A DNA stretch of 61,887 nt, counting the filler, from Stramenopiles sp. TOSAG23-3 (Eukaryota): the NCBI GenBank assembly GCA_900128585.1. It is 17 parts of 17 records of this genome, joined end to end, with 100 filler letters (N's around TTAATTAATTAA, not from the genome) between each part and the next. Parts side by side here need not be neighbours in the genome. Positions count along the whole stretch, not along the records: positions 43,850 to 47,382 come from LT644175.1; positions 47,483 to 51,015 come from LT644176.1; positions 51,116 to 54,642 come from LT644177.1; positions 54,743 to 58,268 come from LT644178.1; 13 more parts are not named here. One strand, written 5' to 3'. Shown one piece after another: positions 45,560 through 54,744 of the stretch. The first letter of the stretch is position 1. Each line of letters opens with the position of its first letter. Made by a program: the position numbers and the translations under genes. The notes below the pieces were generated by a model. It saw only the letters and a program-made list of their open reading frames with translations. It was not told where the DNA came from and did not search any database.

Positions 45560-45629
45560 AAAATTAATGGTGAAACTAAATAAATTCAATTAAAATCTCC
45601 ACCCTTTCCTGGCCTTGGACCCTGTCGGC

Positions 45630-47381
45630 TTAATACCGCTTGCTTACCTTGTTTGGGTCCACGGCCTGGTACGCTCCAGGGCCTGGTATTTCACTCGCCC
45701 TCTTGGCAATTACATCGATTTCAGTCGGAAGAAATACATTTGAAAATTTTACCCCCTGTTTCCTTGGTAAATCGGGTATACCGTACGCATCTGGCCCAGG
45801 GGTTTGACTTGCCCTTTTGGCAATTATATCGATCTCCGTCGGTAAATTTACGTTACTAAAGCGCACTCCCTGTTTTCGCGGAAGATCTGGGGCGCCGTAG
45901 TCCGAGGGACCGGGAGTTTGCTTGGCTCGGTATATAATCCAATCCAGGTCTGATTTCGGGTTGGCGTCGCTGATTTTGCACGCGCCGCCAACGTGTAAGG
46001 AGCTCTTGTTCAAGTCGTAGTCCGCTGGTCCAGGGGTTTGACTTGCTCTCTTGGCAATTATATCGATCTCCGTTGGTAAGTCTACGTTACTAAAGCGCAC
46101 TCCCTCTTTTCGGGGAAGGTCTGGGGCTCCATAATCTGAAGGGCCAGGAGTCTGTTTAGAGCGGTATATAATCCAATCTAGGTACGATTTTGGGTTTGCA
46201 TCGCTTATTTTTGTTGCCCCCCCCGCGTGCAAAGATGACTTGTTCAAGTCGTAATCTGCTGGCCCCGGGCTCTGTTTATACTTAGACTCTTGCTGAAACC
46301 TTTGGCCCATGCTGCCGAAACTGACAAATTTGTACTCGCTTTCAAATTTTTCAGTCTTTAACTTTGGTTTTGAAATATTTTCCAAATACTTCTTTTGCTC
46401 TTCCGTCAATGGTTTGGAAACTCCTGGTGGTTTTATGACGTCTTCGTATCTTAACGCTTTTTGTTTTTTCTCGTCTATAGCCCCCACAGGCTTGGCCAAC
46501 GCCTCCATTCTTTTTGACAACGGGCGAGTCGGTTTTGAGCGGGGTAATGGCTCTCCCAGGTCCTCCGCCATTTCAGTGAGCTTCTGCACCGCCTCGAAAT
46601 ACTCCTCTGGGAGCTCGGGGGGTGCAAATCTTGACTTTCGTTTCTCCCTTCGCACAGTGTCATTGAACAATGGGGCCGTCTTTGGCCTCGCTTGGGATGT
46701 GGAATCTAGCAAAGCCTTGCCGGGATCGGAAATGTCCCTAGTGCTCAATGCGGACAATTTCCGGGGGGTCGACTGCTGAGAGTCTTGCTCAGGGCCATAG
46801 ATGTCAAAAGCATCGCCCCGGTTTTCTTTCTTTGCTGCTTGCGCCAAATATTGGCCCCGTAAGTACCCCGGCATGGACAGGAGTTCCATCGCAAGGGTCT
46901 GCTCTTCTGGCGATTTCTTTGACGGTCTTATCTTTGCCACTGGCGATGTGTTCGGGATTGGACCCGTGGCTGATTCCCCCCCTCTTTGTTTGAATTCCAT
47001 CAATCTTTCTACAGTGCTCTTGGAGCGTCGTATTTTCCACCTTGGCTTCTCTGCTTTTAAAAACCGCCTCCGCTCGTCTTCGTACACCTTATTGGACGCC
47101 TGGGATAGACCTGGGGCAGACCTTGATGACAATGGTTTTCTTTTCTTCTTTTGCTTTTTCTTCTTTTTTACGGGCTTTCCATTTTCTGTTTTCTTCCACC
47201 CCAATTGTGCCAGCGCGGCATCTTTGGGTTTTGAGTTGGCGGGAGTGTACTTTCGTGGAGTGATCAGCTTCTCTGTCTTTTCGTTTTTAAGCTTTTGGCG
47301 CAAAAGTTCCGCTTCCAACCAAGCGATTTCATTCTTGAAATCGCTCAATTTCTCCAGTCCAGAGGAATGCGGTGCCGACAT
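45630..47381 (-). CDS. ODF3/SHIPPO-type PGP-repeat axonemal protein (possibly 5' partial)
   Basis: Six [ST/I]PGP..Y repeats in the C-terminal third. Confidence 0.78.
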   Translation of the reverse strand: MSAPHSSGLEKLSDFKNEIAWLEAELLRQKLKNEKTEKLITPRKYTPANSKPKDAALAQLGWKKTENGKPVKKKKKQKKKRKPLSSRSAPGLSQASNKVYEDERRRFLKAEKPRWKIRRSKSTVERLMEFKQRGGESATGPIPNTSPVAKIRPSKKSPEEQTLAMELLSMPGYLRGQYLAQAAKKENRGDAFDIYGPEQDSQQSTPRKLSALSTRDISDPGKALLDSTSQARPKTAPLFNDTVRREKRKSRFAPPELPEEYFEAVQKLTEMAEDLGEPLPRSKPTRPLSKRMEALAKPVGAIDEKKQKALRYEDVIKPPGVSKPLTEEQKKYLENISKPKLKTEKFESEYKFVSFGSMGQRFQQESKYKQSPGPADYDLNKSSLHAGGATKISDANPKSYLDWIIYRSKQTPGPSDYGAPDLPRKEGVRFSNVDLPTEIDIIAKRASQTPGPADYDLNKSSLHVGGACKISDANPKSDLDWIIYRAKQTPGPSDYGAPDLPRKQGVRFSNVNLPTEIDIIAKRASQTPGPDAYGIPDLPRKQGVKFSNVFLPTEIDVIAKRASEIPGPGAYQAVDPNKVSKRY

Positions 47382-47862
47382 TNNNNNNNNNNNNNNNNNN
47401 NNNNNNNNNNNNNNNNNNNNNNNNNNTTAATTAATTAANNNNNNNNNNNNNNNNNNNNNNNNNNNNNNNNNNNNNNNNNNNNAAAAAAAAAACATTTAGT
47501 AACAATTATTTATTTGGTCTATTTTTTTCTAACATTTTTTTAGTTTAGTTTAGTTTAGACAGTTTCCCAACAATTAAAACGCAATATTTGATTCTTATCA
47601 GTATATAAGTAAAGGAGTAAACAAAACAAAAAAGACTAAAGAAAGAAACAAGAAAGTAATATATAATATATATATATATATATAAATAAATAGCTATACA
47701 AGTGGTGGAGCAACGGACTGGACCACTCGTCGACTGGTTTCGTATTAGTATATAGTAGTATATCACATAGTGAACCGCCCGGGCTGCGACTGAAGCGGAC
47801 GAAGGAAGAAGGGTCTATTTTTATTTTACTTTATAACGACATAAAGTGAACTCGGAGGCGCA

Positions 47863-50079
47863 ATGGCAACCACTGAAGTGGACAGTGGTCCCAATTCGAA
47901 GAAGCTAGAGCAGCAGGAAAAGGCCAAGTTGCGGGCGTTGGCGGTAAAGGCAAAGGAACATTTCCAGGGCCAGAAGTATGAACGTGCAATAACAGTTTTG
48001 AATGAGATCAGTAGTGCAATGAAGAAGAGTGGGGTGGAGGATTTGAAAATAAGGCACAACATCGCACTGTGCGAACACCTGCAGCAGTGCAGTGGCCAGG
48101 ATATGCCGGGAAGATCCAGCGCGTTCGTGAAGTACATGGCGACGATCATGAACCTTAAGCGCCAGGCGGTGGACGACCCCGCCGCACACGCGGAGTCGGT
48201 GCCGAGGGGCGACAGCAGCGGAGCGGCGGGCGGCGACCTTCCCCTTGGTGGCGACGGCGACGAGGGCAGGCGGAACGCCACAGAGGCTGCCAATAGTGTT
48301 TCTCAGGACGAAGGGTCTAGAAAGTTTGTCTCGGTCGACGACGAGCTGGCGGGGGACCCGACCGCGTCCCTTCTGCTGTACAACCAGGCGGTGCTCCTCG
48401 TCCAGTTGGGGGAGAACCAGCTGGCAAAGCTCACGCTGGAAGCGTTGTTTGCGAACATCATGCTCTTGGAAGTCCCGCTAGCCGTAAAGACATGCGTCCT
48501 CCTGTTAGAGGTGTACCTTCGTGTCTACCGGGGCAACCAGAAGACGAACGCCAAATTGTTTAACATGCAAGGAAAGGCGACGAAAGTCTTCGAGTACCTT
48601 GAGAAGTACGTCGAGTCCATGGCGTCCCCCGCGGACGGGAACAAAAACGCCGGCGGGGACTCCTCGGGCACGGCATCCTTCAACCAGTGCCAGGCCATAG
48701 TGTTCAAGTTCAAGCTCAAGCTGTGCAAAGCCCAGTTGGAGCTCATCTCCCTGAACGCCCAGCGCGCGAAAAAGGAGGTGAAGAGCGCTTTAGAGATTTA
48801 CCAGAAACAGCTCAAGGACCTGGCGCCGGGCTCCCTCGGGGACACCCCGTTGCCGAACAACACCACCGGGCTGATCCTCAAAGCGAACTTGGAGTACCTC
48901 CGTCAGAACTTTAAGAAAAGCATCAAGCTGTTAAACTCGTGCCACGAAACGGGCCAGTTAAACGACACGGTGTACTACAACAATTTGGGGTGCGTCCATT
49001 TCAGCACGGGCAGGTACCGAACGGCGTCGATGTACTTCACCAAAGCGCTGGCCTGCCGGTCCAGGGGAAACGTTTCGGCGGATATTTTGTACAACAATGG
49101 GCTTCAGATTTTACTGAGTGGGGGCGATTTGAAGCTGGCGTTCGAATGTTTCTCACAGGCAAGCGGCCGCAGGCTGGAACGGCCTTACCTTTGGATGCGG
49201 ATGGCCGAGTGCTGCGTCATGCTCCACGCCCGCAACCTCAACCGGCACGGCCCGGACGGGCGAAAGCTTCAGGGGGACCTGTCGGGCCAATTCAATGCCC
49301 GCCATGACCTGGTGCAGCAGGTGGTCGGGAACGGCAATCTCCGGCGAGTCCTGCTCCCGCGAACGCAGACGGTGCCGAAAGGAGCCGATTCTGACGCTGC
49401 CAGCAACATGTCACTCGGGGACGCCGTGAAGTACTTACGGAACGTGCTGCATCTGACGCAGACGTCCGTCCGCGACGGCGCTGAGGCCAGCACGGAGGCC
49501 GCGGCGGCTAGCTACGTGGAGGTTGCCGCCTCACGGAACGAGCTCGTGAACGGCGCTTTGGTCGCGCTGGGGTACTGCGGTCTGTGTTTGAACCATCCGG
49601 CGATGACGCTGTCAGCCTCGAAACAAGTATTAGACAACGCCGGGGCGGCCTCGCCGACGCACATGCTGTTGGCACGAACGTACTTGGCAGAGTCGCTGTG
49701 CATGCTGGACCGCGGCAATGAGGCCCTTCCTATCGTGGAAGAGGCCGCCATGAAGCGGGAGCAGAACAGTGGGCCAGAGAACGCCGCGAACCAGGCAGCG
49801 TTTGTGCCCGCCGACACCCGGTTGCCAAGTAGCATATTGGCCCAGCCAATGTCGAGGGCCACCCGCGCAACATTGTGCGTGAACGTCGCGGCAGTCCGGT
49901 TGCAGTTGGGGGACCTCGGGCGCGCCGAAGCGTCCCTTAACCAGGCGTTGGCCCTCAACCCCTCGTCGTCCCACGTGTTGAGGATGCTCGTCTACCTACG
50001 ACTGCGGCAAGGGGACCACGTGGAGGCGATGTCGCTTCTGAAACACCGACGACCCACACCGAGCTCGTCCATATACTGA
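47863..50079 (+). CDS. CNOT10: CCR4-NOT complex subunit 10
   Basis: LKANLEYL..N.KKS.KLL, YYNNLGCVH, YFTKAL, ILYN.GLQ, AFECF, PYLWMRMAECC, ARTYLAESL TPR pattern. Confidence 0.9.
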   Translation: MATTEVDSGPNSKKLEQQEKAKLRALAVKAKEHFQGQKYERAITVLNEISSAMKKSGVEDLKIRHNIALCEHLQQCSGQDMPGRSSAFVKYMATIMNLKRQAVDDPAAHAESVPRGDSSGAAGGDLPLGGDGDEGRRNATEAANSVSQDEGSRKFVSVDDELAGDPTASLLLYNQAVLLVQLGENQLAKLTLEALFANIMLLEVPLAVKTCVLLLEVYLRVYRGNQKTNAKLFNMQGKATKVFEYLEKYVESMASPADGNKNAGGDSSGTASFNQCQAIVFKFKLKLCKAQLELISLNAQRAKKEVKSALEIYQKQLKDLAPGSLGDTPLPNNTTGLILKANLEYLRQNFKKSIKLLNSCHETGQLNDTVYYNNLGCVHFSTGRYRTASMYFTKALACRSRGNVSADILYNNGLQILLSGGDLKLAFECFSQASGRRLERPYLWMRMAECCVMLHARNLNRHGPDGRKLQGDLSGQFNARHDLVQQVVGNGNLRRVLLPRTQTVPKGADSDAASNMSLGDAVKYLRNVLHLTQTSVRDGAEASTEAAAASYVEVAASRNELVNGALVALGYCGLCLNHPAMTLSASKQVLDNAGAASPTHMLLARTYLAESLCMLDRGNEALPIVEEAAMKREQNSGPENAANQAAFVPADTRLPSSILAQPMSRATRATLCVNVAAVRLQLGDLGRAEASLNQALALNPSSSHVLRMLVYLRLRQGDHVEAMSLLKHRRPTPSSSIY

Positions 50080-50378
50080 GAAGAATTCCAACGGGGAAGC
50101 GGGCGGTATGTTGGAGCAGAGGAAATGTGGCCTATTTGGCGTTTAACTTGTACGTTACGCACTGCAATAATAATAATAAATACAGTTTCTCATCTTACGG
50201 GGTAAACATAATAATTATTGAATATTTATATTTACAGCGAGAGTCTTACAGCATACAATATAATATGTGTGTTTTTAAAAATATATTTACAGTTCTTTAC
50301 ACTTACTTTGTAGTAGTAGAGCACATTTTGTTGCACTCCCCGCTCACCAAACAACCACTCAAGGACAACTAACTCTGC

Positions 50379-50807
50379 TTACGGTTCACCAGCCTTCAAA
50401 TTTCGCATTTCTGGAATCTTTGATCCACTAGTAGCATGCGAGCGCACAACATCTTGTAACTTTCTATCCGACAATGGGTCCAACTGCGACGCTGGAAGTT
50501 TCGCGATATGGTAGGCACTGTCGGGCCTTCCTTGAGGGTTGGACTTCTTAAACGAACACTCACACTCTAACCGGTGGGGCGACATCTTTTGTGGATCTGG
50601 CTCCGCCCCTGCATATTGCTCCAAAAATGAAACGCCCCCAACCTCTGACGTATATTCAATGACATCAGGACTGGACGACGTTTCTAGCGTCGGATCGTAT
50701 AATTTAATAATCGGAGCTTCTGGGCGTGACACTACCCCCGACACCAAAGTCGCCACCAACTGAACACAAATCCACCAACTAACAACTACTCCACCAGTGA
50801 ACCGCAT
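50379..50807 (-). CDS. Hypothetical secreted protein
   Basis: ATG 50807 is followed by a hydrophobic signal-like segment; composition is coding-like. Confidence 0.55.
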   Translation of the reverse strand: MRFTGGVVVSWWICVQLVATLVSGVVSRPEAPIIKLYDPTLETSSSPDVIEYTSEVGGVSFLEQYAGAEPDPQKMSPHRLECECSFKKSNPQGRPDSAYHIAKLPASQLDPLSDRKLQDVVRSHATSGSKIPEMRNLKAGEP

Positions 50808-52414
50808 TCCTTCAAACACGAATCTATCGTCGTTATGCTTTCCCTCTGCATATACAATCAAAGTTTTACCAAAATAAACCAAAACCTCTGTCTCTTTCTC
50901 TCTCTCTCTTTCCCTCTCTCTATTAATTTTTATCATATAGAACAACCATCCATTATTATTTCATTCTTCTTTCCATTTTCCATATAAGCAAGAAGATGTT
51001 TTCATTTTTTTTAATNNNNNNNNNNNNNNNNNNNNNNNNNNNNNNNNNNNNNNNNNNNNTTAATTAATTAANNNNNNNNNNNNNNNNNNNNNNNNNNNNN
51101 NNNNNNNNNNNNNNNTTCCAGATGATAGAATTATGAATGATGAGGATGAAGTCCTCGTAGGCGAGTGTGATTTCTTGATTTTTCTTCTTTTTTCTATGCT
51201 GTGTCTATATATATACTAAATCATAAAAAAATCAATTTAATTTCTAATTATTTGGAAATGAACGATTTGCATGCAATGCTAAATGATGTTGTTTGGGAAG
51301 AAGATTCATAATATACTTAATTAATCAAAAAAAATCAAAAACGAAGCTGCATCCCCCTTAAATAAATATGTTAATATTAATAAATAAACTCTAACCCATC
51401 TTCTATTCTTCTATTCTACTTACTCTACGGTCCTAGATCGTATTTTTATTGTATTATTGTCCTATACAAAGGTATTATTACATTATTATTATACATCTCA
51501 ATAGTGCCATTATATATTCAGTCGACTGTAGTAACCCTAATCCTAACTTCCAAATCGAAAGAGAAAGAAGAAAACAAAATACAATACAGTAGAAAGATTT
51601 ATATTAAATACGAATATTTAAATTTATTAAATCCATTTTAGTTCTTCTTCTACCAAGTATCAAATTGAGTCCCCTTCCCTTTTATTATTCCAATTACTAT
51701 GGTTTCACTTCCTTCGTCTACTTACTATTATTATATGCTAGTCTATACAATTGTATTTAGTTTAGATTAAATACTATATACCATACAATCGACTAGATCC
51801 ATTCACTGGTGGGTGGTGGTAGTTATTATAGTGTTCATTAATGTCATCTAAGCAGCTATTTAATATTCCAATAAGTATAGTAGTGTCTAGCTTCTTTCTC
51901 TTCTTTCTTCTTCTTCTTCTATTGCTATTAAAGCTTAGCTTCTATTATTAGACGACTCCTCGTAGTGATGACTGATGATGACTTCTTCTTTCTTCTTCTC
52001 TTTTTATTTTATTTTTTTCATTTTTTTTAATTTTATTATTGCTGCTGCTGCTGCTTAAATAATATATTATTAATATACATTTAATACGATGAAGAAGAAG
52101 AATGGATGACGACACTTCTTTCTTCTTCTTCTTCTTTCTTCTTCTTCATTTTTTTTTTTAATTTATTATTAATTATTATTTTAATAATAAAATTCTTCTA
52201 TTCTGTATTAATTCATTTCTTTTGGGTTGAATAGTCTTGACTCTTTCTCTAGACACAACTTTCTTATCAGCGATGTTCTTTCCCTCCCTCCTTCATTCCT
52301 TCTTTTAGAATCGGCTCCATTTCTACTCTTCCTACAAGTCGACATTTCTCTGCGTAAATTCGAATTATTAACACTGTGCATTCTTCTTCGCTTGCGCTAT
52401 AAAAGAAACCAACC

Positions 52415-53947
52415 ATGGCCGCCGCGTCGGACGATATCCTGAACCTGTTGCTGGGGGACCTTGCGAAAGGCCCCATTGAAGATTCTTGGCCCTATGCCCT
52501 TAGTAAGAACCTTCCGCACAACGACGTTGTTGGCGGGATCAAGAAGCTTGACAACGACGAGTACTCCGTCTCGAAAGTCATCGAGGTCAGCTTTTACGAG
52601 CTCACCAAAGAAGGCTTGAGCTGCATCGAGGACGGGTCCCCGGAAGTTCGCATGTTCGCCGCCATCCCGGACGAGGGGATCCTGGAGGCGGACCTGAAGG
52701 CAATGCTCGAACCGGTCCTTGGAAAGGCGGGCTTCAAGGCCGGCCTCAGCATGTGCATGAAAAGAAAGCTCTTGAAAGCCGAGAAACTCGACAAAAAGAC
52801 GAAGAAGTTCTCGAAGGCGACGGAGGAAACCCCGAAGGATACGTTCGTAGAAACGTTGAAAGAGGTTGCCCTGGGGAAGGGGGACGCCGGCCTTATGGGC
52901 GCAAAGGAGTGGAAAGCGCTTACGCGCCGCAACGTAGTCCAGCTAGTCAAACGAAAGTCTTTCCACGTGTCGAAGGGGGCGAACTACCAGCAGACGTTCG
53001 TCAAGCCAGAGGCGGAGTTGACGGAAGAAATGCTTCGCAGTGGAAGCTGGGAGACCACCAAGTTTAAACCGTACAATTTTACTGCCTTGGGCGCGAACGT
53101 GGGAGGGGGCCACCTCCACCCGCTGATGAAGGTCCGCAAAGAGTTTCGAATGATTTTGTTAGAAATGGGCTTCGAGGAGATGCCGACCAACAAGTGGGTG
53201 GAGTCGGGTTTTTGGAACTTCGACGCGCTGTTCCAGCCCCAGCAGCACCCGGCCCGCGACTCGCACGACACGTTTTTCATCAAAGGAAAAGCCGCGCGCA
53301 CCAACTCCGTCCCGGAGGACTACTTGGAAAAGGTGAAGAAAGTCCACAGTGAGGGTGGCTTCGGGAGCATCGGGTACCGAATGGACTGGTCGATCGACGA
53401 GTCGTTCAAGAACCTGCTGCGCACCCACACGACGGCGATTTCGGCCCAGATGCTGTACCGCTTGGGCCAGGACTGCGCCGGCGGCAAGCCGTTCACCCCA
53501 AAGAAGTACTTTTCGGTCGATCGTGTATTTCGTAACGAAACCATGGACGCCACGCACTTGGCCGAGTTTCATCAAGTAGAAGGCTTAGTTGCCGACCGCG
53601 GGCTCGGTCTTGGTCACCTGAAAGGCATCATCCACGAGTTCTTTCGCAAGATTGGAATCACGCAGCTGCGCTTCAAGCCGGCGTTCAACCCATACACGGA
53701 GCCAAGCATGGAGATTTTTGGCTACCACCCGGACCTGAAGAAGTGGACCGAGATCGGGAACTCTGGAATTTTCCGCCCAGAGATGGTCTTGCCCATGGGG
53801 CTGCCCTCCGACGTCCGGGTCATCGCCTGGGGCCTGTCGCTGGAGCGCCCGACCATGATCAAGTACCGCATCGATAACATCCGTACCCTTTTCGGCCACA
53901 AGTGTGACATTGACCAAACCAACGATGCTCCGATATGCCGGTTTTAA
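52415..53947 (+). CDS. FARSA: Phenylalanyl-tRNA synthetase alpha subunit (cytosolic)
   Basis: GHLHPL.KVR, WNFDALFQPQQHPARD.HDTF, LLRTHTT, FRNE..DATHLAEFHQVEG, FKPAFNPYTEPS, AWGLSLER. Confidence 0.97.
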   Translation: MAAASDDILNLLLGDLAKGPIEDSWPYALSKNLPHNDVVGGIKKLDNDEYSVSKVIEVSFYELTKEGLSCIEDGSPEVRMFAAIPDEGILEADLKAMLEPVLGKAGFKAGLSMCMKRKLLKAEKLDKKTKKFSKATEETPKDTFVETLKEVALGKGDAGLMGAKEWKALTRRNVVQLVKRKSFHVSKGANYQQTFVKPEAELTEEMLRSGSWETTKFKPYNFTALGANVGGGHLHPLMKVRKEFRMILLEMGFEEMPTNKWVESGFWNFDALFQPQQHPARDSHDTFFIKGKAARTNSVPEDYLEKVKKVHSEGGFGSIGYRMDWSIDESFKNLLRTHTTAISAQMLYRLGQDCAGGKPFTPKKYFSVDRVFRNETMDATHLAEFHQVEGLVADRGLGLGHLKGIIHEFFRKIGITQLRFKPAFNPYTEPSMEIFGYHPDLKKWTEIGNSGIFRPEMVLPMGLPSDVRVIAWGLSLERPTMIKYRIDNIRTLFGHKCDIDQTNDAPICRF

Positions 53948-54108
53948 AGGAGACACGGGAGTGTATTTAACATTTAGGGAGAGTGTACACACAAGAATTG
54001 TTATCCATCAGAATATTATTTTTTGTTCTGTTGCAGCACACAATTTATTTATGATACACACAGACGTAATATTACAAGTTTTCACCGCTCTTCTTTGCAC
54101 CCGCTGGC

Positions 54109-54642
54109 TTAGGTGGTTGTCCATTTCAAAAGGTAGGCATCCTTCAGGGCAATGTCCACCATCTGTATCGGAACCCCAGTCGGACATTTGTGAAGGGTGT
54201 AGTGGCCGCGCGCGTTGTCATACGACACACACTGGACCGTCCAAAATTGCCGTTGTGGCTTGCAATATATTTGAATCGTTCGGCCCACCAACTTTCCGTT
54301 ACCAAAATTTGTTAGAATGTCCTGGTGGTCTCGTTCGAATATGCTCAGTTGTTGCAAATACAATATTTGAATGCGGACGCTGATCGAGCTTCGTGCGGCT
54401 CCGTTCTCGTCAAAGAATTTCCCAGAGAACTTTGCCGTTGACAGCTTTTCTGCGCTAACGTTTTTGCAAGCAGCGGGGGGCTTGGGCGCATTCGTACTTT
54501 TTTTGTTAGCGTGCCCTTGTGCGTCCGTGCTATCCTTTGCCAGCAACTTCCTCTTCTTCTTCAGCGGCGGCGCTTTTGGCTTCCTCCCGCTGCCTTTCAA
54601 GACCTTCATTGGGGCGATCGTTTCCTTTGGCATCTTAGACGC
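54109..54642 (-). CDS. Hypothetical protein with possible C-terminal Tudor-like module (likely 5' partial)
   Basis: Basic NLS-like segment, then LVGRTIQIY..W..Y..HY.L. The ORF abuts the contig end. Confidence 0.5.
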   Translation of the reverse strand, partial: ASKMPKETIAPMKVLKGSGRKPKAPPLKKKRKLLAKDSTDAQGHANKKSTNAPKPPAACKNVSAEKLSTAKFSGKFFDENGAARSSISVRIQILYLQQLSIFERDHQDILTNFGNGKLVGRTIQIYCKPQRQFWTVQCVSYDNARGHYTLHKCPTGVPIQMVDIALKDAYLLKWTTT

Positions 54643-54744
54643 NNNNNNNNNNNNNNNNNNNNNNNNNNNNNNNNNNNNNNNNNNNNTTAATTAATTAANN
54701 NNNNNNNNNNNNNNNNNNNNNNNNNNNNNNNNNNNNNNNNNNAT

